Shown here: in pieces, positions 1 through 12,418 of the stretch | Layout of the letters: each line of letters begins with the position of its first letter | Numbering within the stretch: the first letter of the stretch is position 1 | NCBI GenBank assembly: GCA_040143965.1 | Contig: JASJQH010000082.1 | Coordinates: 1 to 32,482 of the forward strand | Direction: 5' to 3' | DNA: 32,482 nucleotides | Source: Basidiobolus ranarum | Lineage: Eukaryota | Translations under genes and position numbers: made by a program | The notes under the pieces: generated by a model | What the model was told of the DNA's origin: nothing | What the model saw: the letters and a program-made list of their open reading frames with translations, nothing else | The model's database searches: none

Positions 1-72
1 GCACTTGTTAACACTTACTGTTACTGGAACTTTGTTACCCAATAGTACTAGATCATCCAAAATACGACTCAA

Positions 73-124
73 TCTCAGGTGTACTTTATTAGTTATCATT
101 CTCAGGTGTACCTTATTAGTTATC
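73..124. repeat. Tandem duplication, 27-nt period, 2 copies
   Basis: TCTCAGGTGTAC(T/C)TTATTAGTTATC starts at 73 and again at 100. Confidence 0.85.
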
Positions 125-259
125 TCAAGAATGCCAATAGTCTGAGAAGTATATTTATTAGGTGGCATTTCTACCTTTCTTCTCTGCGTCGGACATCTCA
201 AATATAAAAAGGGAGATCACTTTAAATTTGCATATAGAATTTGAACTGTATTTGGCTAG

Positions 260-606
260 GATGTAGTCTCAATCTGTTCGGATGTATTGGATAATATATT
301 TATTTTGGAAACTCCACTTCAGATTCTAACAATATAGAAACATAAACTGGGAGAGTGGAATCTAATTCAGCCAGTCATTGAGAACTATGAACGGGTACAT
401 TCTATGGGATTATTTAAAATTCCATTTCTGTCGCAAATACTGACCTAATACGTATATAGATCACATCAACTCTGTTTTATCTACACGACAGGATATCTTC
501 GTGGCTGCCTCTCTTATTTGTCCTTCAGTCTTTATCACAGAGTGTACCCAGGATGAGCCGAATTGTAAGAAGTCATCTATTCCTCTATATCTACACCAAA
601 CAGTGA
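260..606 (+). other. Candidate spliced transcript or gene relic of unknown function
   Basis: Two well-formed introns: 284-337 (GTATTG...TTCTAAC...TAG) and 395-459 (GTACAT...CTGAC/CTAAT...TAG). The phase-0 join reads open (DVVSICSD|KHKLGEWNLIQPVIENYER|ITSTLFYLHDRISSW...). No start codon or recognisable family found. Confidence 0.35.
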
Positions 607-1146
607 TATTCCCCTCTATTTACACTAAAAAGTGTATGTCACACCGTCTCTCAAGATATTTTTATTGTGTTACATGCACATGGCAAATATTCCAAAAATA
701 CTAAATATATCAATCACTCTTTACTTGCTGTTTTGGATGGAACTACTCATCCACCAATGGAAATTACAAAATCTAAGATTCGTATAGAGACCTCGTTCTA
801 GATGGGACAAAGAAAATTTATGTCAGATATCCTTTCTTTAATCGCGTGTGAAGAGAGATTGCTTTAAATTTGGTTCACTTACAACCAATCAGTCTATTGG
901 GTTTTGGCAGAATAAGCAAAACTATCGCAAGTCAGTAATGCAAGCTAGTAATTGGCTAGGTGATGTTTTGGATACTGAATTTGTGCTTACTTATTAGGTG
1001 ATCGAAAGGCTTACATAGAAAGAGATCGAAAGATTTAGGAACTGGGAGAATGGAAAGTAATTTAGCCAGTGATGTTACCATCAGAAGATAGAGCAACTTA
1101 TAAAGCTGAGTGAAGACGTATGAACCGCCACCATATTTCGATCATC

Positions 1147-2137
1147 ATGTATGTCAACAAAGCCTGTTGCTCTCTTCCTCCAGTTGTCTCCAACTACACT
1201 CCAAAGGGAACTTTCGAGCAAATTGATGACTTATCCGTCTACTTTGTCGGACCTAAAGTATGGTTGTGTTGAAGTTTATTGCATCGTTTGATGGGTTATC
1301 TAACGGATTTATCATACAATCGCAGGATGCCAAGGAATCGGTTGTTGTGATTTATGACATCTTCGGTCTCCAGTAAGTTTGTCATTGAATAATACACTGG
1401 AGTGATATGGTAGCTAACTTTGAACTTCATTAGTCCCAATACCCATCAATTTTGTGACATTCTTGGAGAGATGTTCAACTTCCGTGTTGCCATGCCTGAT
1501 TTCTTCCGTGGTAAACCATGGGATCACAACAAAATGAAACCAGAAGATAGACCTGCTTTGATGGAATGGGTAGGCTCTGTCGGTAACTGGGATAATGTAA
1601 GATCAAATTTTGCCACATTTGCTTGACATACCAAACAAACACTGACTTGATACGTGTATAGATTAAAGTTGATCTGGAGAAAGTTAAAGAACGCCTTATT
1701 TCAGATGGCTCCGTCAACTTTGGTATTGTTGGTTTCTGTTGGGGTGCTAAGATGGCGGTTCTAGCTACCCGTGACGGAAGTTTCGCTGCCGCATCCCTTA
1801 TCCATCCTTCAGCACTTGTTACAGAAGACGCAGAATTCGCCGAAGCTCCTATCCTGCTCATCCCTACTAAAGATGAGCCAGATTTTGTAAGAAATCATCT
1901 ATTCAGCTGTAGCTTCTGATATATACACTAACACTTGATCATTATTAGACTGAGTTCATGAATATCCTTAGAAAGAAGCCGTTTGGTGACAAGTGCCAAC
2001 ATCACCGGTTCGAAGATATGTTCCACGGATTTGCTGGAGCACGAGGTGATTACACCAATGCTCAAAATGTCAAGCGTGCCACTGAAGCAATTCAATTGAC
2101 TGGTGACTTCTTCAACTCGCATGTCCACTCAAACTAA
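1147..2137 (+). CDS. Dienelactone hydrolase family alpha/beta hydrolase, 5 exons
   Basis: ATG 1147 (MYVNKACCSLPPV). Introns 1258-1325, 1373-1433, 1597-1661, 1887-1948. Motifs: IYDIFG, MPDFF, nucleophile GFCWG, HPS, acidic KDEPD, catalytic His in MFHGF. Stop TAA 2135-2137. Confidence 0.9.
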
Positions 2138-2406
2138 TCAATGTGTGGATTTTATTCCAATTTAGTTAGAATGTAAAGTATCTTAATAAAAAGCTCCGTA
2201 CTTTTTAAATTGTATTGATGCTATATATAATACATGATCAATTTCGAGGATGAACTTCAACAAATAGAGGAAGTACAACTTTAGTTATATTACATGCAAT
2301 AACTTAGTGTAAACAGATGGTAAACGAATGGTATCTTCAGGGTTATCATTAAAGAAGTACTGGATATAATAGAAATAAGTGCTTACAGATGATACATTAG
2401 TAGTGT

Positions 2407-3560
2407 TCAGGGGATTATAAGTGGAGTTCTTTCCGTAGAAGGAGAGGGCCTGCTTGTGTTTTTTCCCTTGTTAATATCAGACCTTGAACGCGTACGTTGA
2501 GGTGTTGTTGGGTTATTTGTTTGTGACAAGGCAAATACTCCAAATGAAAGGATTATTACACCGATAACTACCAAAACAAGTTGCCACCATTCAAGTCGAC
2601 TCCATTGGTTGTAATAAACTAATCCGTTACACAGGGACGAGACATTATAAGCACAGAACGAGATGGGAACAAGGAGAAGGGTATCACACAGCTGAAGACT
2701 TTTGTTCAAATAATAAAGCTATAATTTGACAGGTTAATATACTGAATATTGAAGTAGATTTGCTTAGAAAATACCTGAAGTAGAGCGCTGCAAAGAATAG
2801 CAAAGGTAATGACCCATGATAAAGCCCTGTCAAATTGATTTCTACCTTCCAATATGGTGATGAGAAGGAGCTCAACACCACTTTTGGCAAACAGAAGAGT
2901 ATGGCTCGATAAGATCCCAGATATGATAGCATACATTGATCCAAGGAGTAGCTTCATTTTAATAAGTGCAATGGCAGATACTGCAGAGCAAGTGGATTCA
3001 TGGTCAGTCTGTATTCTAGTAAGAACTGCTTCCAAAAACCTTGTAGCACCAATGACTAAGCCTAAGAGTATTATAACTATGATTATGTAAATAATAAAAG
3101 GTTGTCGCTGATATAACAGTATCAAGTCATCTAGAGTATGACTTGGCTCTAAAACAGTTCCAAAAAGGGCAATGGCGACAGCACCGACAACTATCAAGCC
3201 AGTAGCCAAGATACTTTGGAAGGGAAAAGAATCACCCAAAATTAACTTGGCACAGATGGCATTGGTTATCAAAGTGATTGCACCCAGAGGCGCCAAGATG
3301 ATGATAGGAAGGAAACCTATGGAAAATAACGACCCGAAGATGTTGCTAGCCAAAAAAATGGCAAAACCAGTCAACCACATAGGACGACTCCATTCAGTCT
3401 GTCTACTCTCTTTTGGATAGCTCTCGTTGATTATGTGACTTTTCTTCTGTAGGTTCAGCCCAATGGATTGAGTAAAGCAAGTAACCACAGTCACAATGAG
3501 ACCGATTGCTACTTTAATGTGAAGAGCTTTATCCTCATTGGAATCCATATTAGAGAACAT
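2407..3560 (-). CDS. NIPA/DUF803-type (DMT superfamily) membrane transporter, putative Mg2+ transporter, 2 exons
   Basis: Multi-TM protein with GLNLQKKS, PMWLTG, ILAPLGAITLITNA and LLFAKS. Intron 2719-2774 joins LLQ|LYYLNKSLQLCDT. C-terminal ERTPLI acidic dileucine-like tail. Confidence 0.85.
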
Positions 3561-4698
3561 GGCTAAGCCGGTGCGTGGAATAAGCTAGTCAAGTAGTAGT
3601 TCACAAGTTAAGCCTAAATTACAATAACAAATACTTCGGTCAACCACTAAACGAAGAAAGGGTAGCACAAATAATCAAATTCCATTAGAACCCAGATGTA
3701 GGAAAAGCAATTGAGAAGCAATGGAAAACCAATGATCTGTTAGGATAGCCATAAACGGGGATCAATAGTAGAAAGGAACCACAGGGTCAGGTGCTCATCC
3801 TATTAAGTCTGCACAGGAGCTAGAATATGCAATCCTCAAAGCATGGATCAGATGATCAGCTGATCCAATTCAATAGGATTTAGCTGTATCTCTAAGCAAT
3901 AAACGAGCTACCAAGCACAGGTTAGTCATTGTATGCCTATATTTTTGGAAGCTTTATTAGACAAAATCGAGATAGAGTAGTAGAGATGAATTACTGGGCT
4001 TCAAGTCAATGTGTTCGCCCAATACTATGCAGCTTTTGTCTACTTTGCGTAGGCGAAGCTTATCCAGTTACGACCCTAAAATAACGACATGGGGTTGTCA
4101 AATATAGAAAGAGAAATTAGAAAGGTGTTACTATTGCTTGAGGCAATCGTTCTTCTCATCCAGCTTTCCACGACAAAAGGACACAACAGTAAGACCATTA
4201 GCTGCAGTACAAACAGCAATCAAGTGTCATGACTATTAGTCGAATATTTTATTTCATTTTTATTACCTCGGAGAGAGTCGTTGAATTGTGAGCGAGCACT
4301 TATTTTAAGTTTGGTTAACGTAGCCTCCTCTTCATGTCTAGTTGAGTCAACGTAGTTTAATTGAATCTGAAATATTGGTGTAGTTATAAAATTTTCCTAA
4401 ACCGCTAATTATTCAAGTAGGGAAGAATTAGGATCAGGGTATTAGTTAGCCAATACTATGCATATGCAATTTAAGATACTGAAAGCAAGCATTAATTACC
4501 GTATATATATGTAACGTATACCAGAAGTTAGAAATACAGTCACTAATCGATCATAAATTCTTCATATTCTATACGCCTGTATATACATCAAAGTCAGAAG
4601 TATCGTTAATTCCAAATAAGAACCTATTGACATTGCATCATTCAAATTATAACAACTAATTGACACATTCAGAATCTTTACAAAGAATCAAACTCGCC

Positions 4699-5976
4699 AT
4701 GGATACCAAAGCAGGTACCTTTCTCTTATAAGGTTTATACATCCCAGCTTTAGAGTAACCTTTATGAATTAATTTATTGTGAAGGAAGTCATACTTCAAG
4801 CTTCCGAGTTGAGCTCTCACCAACCTCCCTTGATGGAACTCAGGAAGGAGAGCTATCTCAAAACTCCAAATCTTCTGCAAACGTTAGACGTGCCGCTCAG
4901 AATAGAGCAGCACAGCGTGCTTTTCGTCAGAGAAAAGAACAACACATAAAAGATTTGGAGAGTAAATCTAAGCAATATGATATATTGTTCGCAGATAATG
5001 AAACACTAAAGAGAGAGAATAACCAACTCTGGGGCATAGTCAGCGAACTCAAATCAGGAAAAGATATCCGCAACCTCATAATTCCAGAAAAGACTGCTGC
5101 TATATACGCTTACGGGAGCCAGAGTGAACCCCGAAATACTTCTTCTCTAGAGGATATTCCAAGTAAAGATGTAAGCAATTCTGAAATTGAAGCAAGACCA
5201 TCTTTAGATACCTACACCACGGATTCGTTAAAGAATTTTTCAAACTCACCAAACAACGATAGCTCTCAGAACGCAGATACCTTTCGACCACTCATTAATC
5301 CACACACTAATCGTCAAACCATTAGCCTGAATTCCATGCCTAATAGTATCAGTTCATTCTCTCCATCAAGTCCCAATGCTTTCTCATATAAATCAGACAA
5401 CCCCTCACTGGTGCCTAGCAATCCAAACTTCGTAACTCCATCCTGTGGAAATCAAAAATCAACAAACTCCCTAGTTCCGGTAGATTCACCTCCTGCCCAT
5501 ACTAAACAGTCGTATGAAGAGCTCAAACCCAATGCGTTGGACATAATTACCAAAAACAGAGAGTACATGCATACACAGTTTCCTCCCTCCGAGATTCTTA
5601 CTCTAGGATTAGGACAAACTACAGAACCACCCTATCTAAATGAAGCTAGTCTTGCATTTCTACAATATGGCTGGCAGTATGATCCATCCATTAGACAAGA
5701 GGACTATAGCAGCTCTTACTGTGAGATGATAGGAATGACACCTGCTGAAGCGTCTTTCAATGATCGAGTTATGGACGACTTATACTCGCTGCTTGAAATA
5801 TGCTCTACATACGACAATCGCTTAGTAAACGTGACATCTCAATGTACTCAAGTGGTGAGAAACTGTATTATTACACTTGCATCTTCAACCTTTATATAAC
5901 TCTTTATCGCCAATCTTCCAATATTGTCTATTTTACTGCTTAGAGTGATAGCTCTGATGAACGCAGAAATCAATAG
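4699..5976 (+). CDS. Yap/AP-1-like bZIP transcription factor
   Basis: Basic region RRAAQNRAAQRAFRQRKEQHIKDLE followed by a leucine zipper. ATG 4699 is joined in frame through intron 4715-4784 (AAG acceptor). Probable second intron 5855-5943 gives stop at 5974-5976; unspliced, the stop is at 5899. Confidence 0.8.
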
Positions 5977-6492
5977 TTAGCAAGGTAAGAATTAATGCGA
6001 AGAATATGCATACTTAATATTCTAACATTTTGTGCTGTCACTGATATTTAGGGTGATGCTTCTAATCTTTACAGTTACAAGCTAGTGATACATCCGTTAT
6101 TTACATCTCTTGGCGGTTTAATAATGACTTCCTGAATCTTCCGTTGGTTTTGAGGTAGTTGTGATGGCTATGGTTACTAAGCAACCATCTTTCCCAATTC
6201 CAATTTTGGTCCGTGATTAGAGATATGAGCATGTACAATTAAATGCTATGAGGCCAAGTATACTGATTGTGTATTTCTTAATCAAAGATACTCAAATTGT
6301 TGATATTGTAGTTGCATCCTTAAATGCTACCTTTAGCGAACAGAATATGTACAGAGATGCTTTTATAAAATCTGCTAATTCAGCAATCTGATTAATTTCC
6401 GTATAAAATCATGAACCCTGCATAAATAGTACGTCGATAATGATTATTAGTTTGATGTTTTTTTGCTTTGATCAAACATTGTTCAGTCAAGT

Positions 6493-6515
6493 TTAGGGTT
6501 AGGGCTAGAGCTAGG
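6493..6515 (+). repeat. Interstitial telomere-like motif in the ATRIP promoter
   Basis: TTAGGG TTAGGG CTAGAG CTAGG, ending about 105 nt upstream of ATG 6622. Confidence 0.75.
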
Positions 6516-6621
6516 ATTGCGGTGAAATTTTGGATAAAAATAAATCTAATTATTTTATTTGGATCTGCTTTTAGGCGCGGTCTTTAATTCTTGATATTTA
6601 CTCTACCACTTCTAAAATAGC

Positions 6622-9513
6622 ATGGCGGCTATGCTCCCGACCAAGAATCCGCCTGCTTCTACCTACCATGCTTCTTCGGCAAGGGAATTCTTTAAACGTA
6701 ATAATACACAACCTCATAGAGGCACCACATTTAGACAGCAGGATAATACATACGGATCTGGTTGGATTGATTTTCCTTCAGGAAATACCGAACACATGTT
6801 AAGAATGGAGTCTCAAGTTGGCGTCAATGTGAAAAATAGAGGAGCCTTCACAAACAACAACGACTTATCACTGACAGGGGTTCCTCTATTTCATTCACGA
6901 AACAATGCTACAGACAACAAGCAATCTCAATTAAAAGAATCCAGAGATTGTCTCTCTAATGAAGGCTTTGAGGACGATGAATTTGATAACTATGATTTAG
7001 ATGACTCGGTAGTTCAAGAATTGGTAGAGAAGGAAACTGAGTATTTATCGCAACAGCCAAATTCACAATATCCTTTACCATCTGCAAGTAATATTCGCGT
7101 TGGATTAGACTCGCAACCATTCTTTTCTTTTTCACCCACCACTTCTCAGTTTGCTCCACCTTCAAAAAGAACTCATACAGATACGAAATACGCCAATTCT
7201 TTAGCATCTAGTAAACAAGCTTCTATAACAGCTCAACTAATGGCCCTACAACAAGAGATTGAAAGATTAAAAGATGAAAATAAGCGACGGAAGCTAGACA
7301 TGGATCGAATGATGATAGAGAAGGGAGAAATCACACACGTCCGTCAAAGACTCTCTAAAGTCGAGATTGAAAACCTGAAATTAAAGGAAAATCTAACAAA
7401 AGAGCAAATTTTAGCAAAAGAACAAGCCAAGGCACTTAGTCAGACATTCCAGAAAGAAATAGATCGACTGAACACTGTATTATTATTTAAGGAACAAGAA
7501 GTACAAGCTTCACAACTACAAAACCGAAAAAGAGCTACTGAACTTCAAACAATGGCTAGCTTTCAGGAAGGGTTGCACTCAAATTCAAGCAGTCCTCTGA
7601 ACCCAGGTGGCAATCCTTCATTTCCAACGATCTCAGGGTTTAGAGAAGCGCCCGACTTGGCGGCCAATCTAAATCGACCAGTTGAGAATATTGACTATGA
7701 GCCAAAAGAGATTATAGAAGAGCCTTCATTAAAATGCTCCATTGGTGAAATGGACCTGATGTTTGAAAGAAAGGAGCCAGGATTGAAAAGACTATTACAC
7801 GATCCTGACAACGGTGTAGAGGTCAATGAGGGTTCGTATCCTCGCTCTGCATTGTATAAGCTCATCAGTCAGTGCCCTTCAAACACCAATGAAGGTAAAT
7901 GTTATGTTAGCCTATATATGTCGTCATGTACTTATCAAATGTTCCAGATCGATCAGAATTCAGGCATATTCTGTCACAACTATCGCAAGAGCTTCTTCAG
8001 ATATTGACAACAAATGAAAAATCCAACTTCTCGAGATACCCACAGAAGTTGCTCACTATCCTTGAACGATACCTCCACCTGGTATTAAATTCTGGAGATG
8101 TATGTCTACTACCGGGAGTTGAATATTAATTGACACCTTAGCTAATCACTTTTTGCTACAGAAACAAATCCTCAAGCACTTGCTTCAAGTCATTGAAACC
8201 CTTCTTATATCGTACCCTTCATGTCGCCAACACGTTTTAGGTATATTTCCATCATTAGATGAGGATTTCCTCAACCTTATTGACGTGTAATTTGTTAGGC
8301 TCTCACGATGAAGATGGCCCCGATTTGGAGCTGTCGAATTCACCAACCATCTTAATGAGTGTATTCATGGTGTTGAAAAAAGCAATATCTGAGAAGCGAA
8401 TAATGCGTAATGAATCTGAAAACGAATCACTCCTGCAGCATGCCTTCGTTATTCTATACTCACTACTTGAAGACTGTAGCCTCGAGTGTATCTCCCGGTA
8501 CGCGTATTTCTAATACTAGCTTTCCATAGAATATATCATATCTGACCCGTGTCATAACTCTAGATTTCGACCTTTGTTTACCGAAGGGATTCTGGTTGAT
8601 TTTTTTGACATCGAAATCCCGCAAAAGACTTTTATTTCTTTGCTAGAATTAATCTCACAGCTTCTCTCTGGTAAGATACCCCATCAATATATCTCCCGGT
8701 ACCTCACTTAACCCAAATCTACCATACAGTTCCCGACTTCTGGAGTGTATTCGAAATGGAAGCGTCTCAAGAAACTTCACATGGTCAGCCTAGACTCTCT
8801 ATTCTCGACAGGCTAAGCGAATACCTGACCAAACTTTCAAGTAACATACTTGTAAGTGATCAGCAGGGCATCCACATCTTCAACTGTATTAACATAAGAT
8901 CTTACTTTAGGGATATACCATCAAGTACTCCATTGTACAGTTATATTCATTGATTGTTGCGCAGTATCATAGCGGGACTAGAATCATTGCTGACTCACCT
9001 AAGGTTCATCATTTTCTATCTATTCTCTAAATTCTCAACAGAGTCTAAATGTTCTTCAGATTTTATCACATCTAATTAAAGGCCTTGGGATTGAGCTCGA
9101 TCAATATATAGAAGCCCCGAAGCTAGAGATCGAACAGTACTGTATTCCATTATTGCGCTATCGAGATGCAAACATCTAACCATCGTGTGAATGACTTTGT
9201 AGGCACAAATTAATAGAATCCTGTGTCAAATTGATCCATTTAGTGTGTCTTCGCGGCAACTGTTTGCAGAAGCTTTTGAGATCTCATGAGTTATATCATG
9301 AATATATCTCAGTTATGACCCGTCTTTCTCTCCACAATGACGAAATGGATGAGAACGAACTTGTATCTGGTTTGTCTTTATACTTTTACTGCTGTTCCAG
9401 CCCATTTGATAATAACCATTCCATTGAACCATGTAGACATGGCACGCGATTTACTTACTGCAGTAATATCACCAGAGGATGAAGAAATCATCCTTGAAAC
9501 AGGTAGATCATAG
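6622..9513 (+). CDS. rad26: ATR-interacting protein (ATRIP/Rad26/Ddc2 family) DNA-damage checkpoint protein, 9 exons
   Basis: Acidic N-terminal motif DDEFDNYDLDDSVVQELVEKE. Coiled coil KGEITHVRQRL...FQKEIDRLNTVLLFKEQEV resembles ATRIP KNGEIKILR...LQSELQFKDAE. Helical C-terminal half assembled over 8 GT-AG introns (first 7895-7947), ending DMARDLLTAVISPEDEEIILE as in fungal Rad26 C-termini. Stop TAG 9511-9513. Confidence 0.75.
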
Positions 9514-10535
9514 GGTGTTTTTACATAAGTTATTTCCTTCGCATGTTGAGCACTACAGTAGTTCCTGTTCACCAGTTTACCATATATTGGTGAGCATTAC
9601 ACATGGTTTAACTCGCCCTCTCTTTCGATACATCGTTGAAGCAACATCATCCTCTGTTCCACTAGCCTTCTTGGTCTACAAAAATATGTACCATATGTAT
9701 AACTTAATGCCAAATCATCCTTTCCCAATCATCCTTTGAATTTCTTTTTTATCCGCGCTGTATAATAAAATGAACCTGTGTCAGATGCCAAATTCGTTGC
9801 GCTGTATTTTGATAAAGAAATTCTAAGCGATTTCTCATTACTGAAGATCTCTCAAAGTAAATTGGGTGCTTCATTCAGGAAGTTCGTCTCTTTGAGCATA
9901 AGTATAAGACACTCTTTTTAGTTTGAAACGTATGGTGAAACGTTAACGGGACAATCCTCGTTTCAGTACACCTCTCTAGAACAGTGTAAATCCAGAGTTT
10001 TTCAATGTCAAGAATCCCGGTTGAAATTATATGCCTCTTAAAGCACAGTATATGTTTATATTCATAGTTTTAATATGGCCAGCTATTTCTACTCTACAGG
10101 TGAGTTCGACAGTTCCTTAGAACCATAGGCTGAAAACGCCGTTGATTTAGTACATCTATTAATAGATTAAATATGACAACCTCTACTGTGGTTCGAGTGG
10201 GTGCATTAGCCCTGTATTGAATGGTTGTCAGATAATGGATTTTCTTGGTCTTGCATGAGAAATTCCCCATCAAATAGTAAGATATACGACTGCTTAAAGA
10301 TTCATACCCGAGGTTGTAAATTCTATAATTTTAGCAAACCCATAACAAATTGGAGATCGAATGTAATCCAATGAATAAAGAAAAACTGATAATTTTTGTT
10401 GAATGAACACGGCTTAACTCTGAACCAACCAAGTGATACAGATATCTTTACCGCTCTCCATTATTCAGAGACAAGTTGAATTTTCAAGCTAACGTGTGAA
10501 AAGAATATTCAATCGTAGTGGAACTGAAGAGGGAT

Positions 10536-12123
10536 ATGTCGCAGTCTTCCACTTTCTCCACCAAAACTAAAGGCTACCCTGGACTTAGTTCAACTAACCA
10601 TGGTGCTTCGGTACGCTCTCACAACAAAGTTAGAGTAGCATATTTTCATGAGGAAGAAGTTGGAAATTTCCATTATGGTGTACGTATATCGACAGATTTG
10701 CCTTTTTGCCGTATGTACTAACTTGATCCTTTCAGGAACATCACCCCATGAAGCCTCACAGATTAACTCTAACGAACAATTTGGTATTGAATTATGGCCT
10801 ACATCGCAAGCTCGACATTTATCAACCGCGAAAAGCAACAGAACAAGAGTTACTGGATTTTCATTCCTCCGATTACATAGATTTCCTGAAACGGTACTTC
10901 TAAACTTTTTCTAGGCTTCATATATGAGCTTATTACGAATATTTTTTGGCGATCTGAAGACTTACCAAACTCTACTTTCCTCTAGAGTTACCCCAGAAAA
11001 TGTAGATTCATTTAGTCAATGCTTTTCACGGTTCAATATAGGTGACGATTGCCCAATTTTTGAAGGAATGTATGATTTTTGCCAAATATCTTCTGGTGCT
11101 TCTCTTGAAGCAGCAAGAAAGTTACTCTCAGGTGGATGTGACATTGCGGTCAATTGGTCAGGTGGGTTACATCACGCCAAGAAATTCGAGGCCTCCGGTT
11201 TCTGTTACGTCAACGATATTGTGCTGGCAATTCTCCAGTTACTACGGTTAGTATGACAATGCAGTTCTTTCTTAGTGGTTGATTCTAACGTGTGAACTAG
11301 CTATCATCCTCGGGTTCTGTATATCGATATCGATATTCATCATGGGGACGGTGTACAGGAGGCGTTCTATACCACAGATAGAGTAATGACTGTATCGTTT
11401 CATAAATACAACGGAGACTTTTTCCCAGGCACTGGCCACATTGATGAGATTGGATCGACTTTAGGGAAATACTTCGCGTTGAACGTTCCTCTTAAGGATG
11501 GTATTGATGATCAATCCTACACGTGGCTTTTTAAATCGGTCATGGAGAATGTGATCAACTCCTTCAGACCGTCGGCGATAGTGTTACAATGTGGAGCAGA
11601 TTCTTTAGGTTGCGATCGTTTGGGTTGCTTTAACTTGAGTATCGCCGCACATGGAGAATGTGTTAGATTTATCAAAGGATTTGGAATACCTACATTGGTT
11701 GTTGGTGGTGGCGGGTATACGGTAAGAAATGTAGCTCGATGTTGGACCTACGAGACTTCCATCATAGTAGATACCGAACTAAGTAACGACCTACCTTCGA
11801 ACACCTATTACGATTTCTTTGCACCCGATTACAAGTTGCATCCTAAGCTTTCTGGAAGAGTAGAAAATCTAAACACACGCTCCTACTTGGAGCAACTACG
11901 AACACGTGTATTTGAGCATCTACGCTATTTAAACGGAGCACCCAGTGTCCAAATGCAGGAAATTCCACCTGACATCCAAGGATTTCTTGATGATGATGGT
12001 AGGCAAGACGAAGACGAAGATAGAAATCCCGACAGGAGACATGATAGTTACGTGGAGGTAGACAATGACTTTTATGATGATGACCGGGACATAGACCAAG
12101 ACGGGATGGAGATTGAAGTGTAA
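10536..12123 (+). CDS. HOS2: Class I histone deacetylase, Hos2 type, 4 exons
   Basis: [80 protein letters not shown]. Introns 10680-10735, 10894-10985, 11247-11300. The segments [20 protein letters not shown] and AHGECV match S. pombe Hos2 better than Rpd3 (from recall). Confidence 0.9.
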
Positions 12124-12418
12124 TCCATCGCTCTCAATCCTTGGTCTTCTCTCCCCCCCTCCCGCAAAGCACAGTTGTTACTCGATTATTTCTCTCTCCT
12201 TTACTACCATTTCGTGTAATACAGATTCTCTTCTTTTGATTTGTAAATATATATCTGAAGTTTTGATTTTGACTCTAATTCAACACCCATTCTTGTTAAT
12301 AATATATTCGAGGGTGACAATGATTATTGAAACGGATACAAATAATTTATTGGAATGAAAAGTAGTTATTCCGTTAGTCACATCAACCATGAAGAATATC
12401 CGTTGGTTAATTTTGAGA

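Noticed and set aside
2135..2176. Stop-codon readthrough giving a cryptic peroxisomal signal (...VRM*) on the hydrolase
   Set aside because: The stop context is TAA TCA, not the fungal readthrough TGA CTA, and VRM is not a canonical PTS1.
7067..7080. U12-type donor consensus ATATCCTTT (also near 827, and GTATCCTT near 12980)
   Set aside because: One lies inside a continuous exon, one is intergenic and one is antisense. All introns needed for the gene models are U2-type GT-AG.
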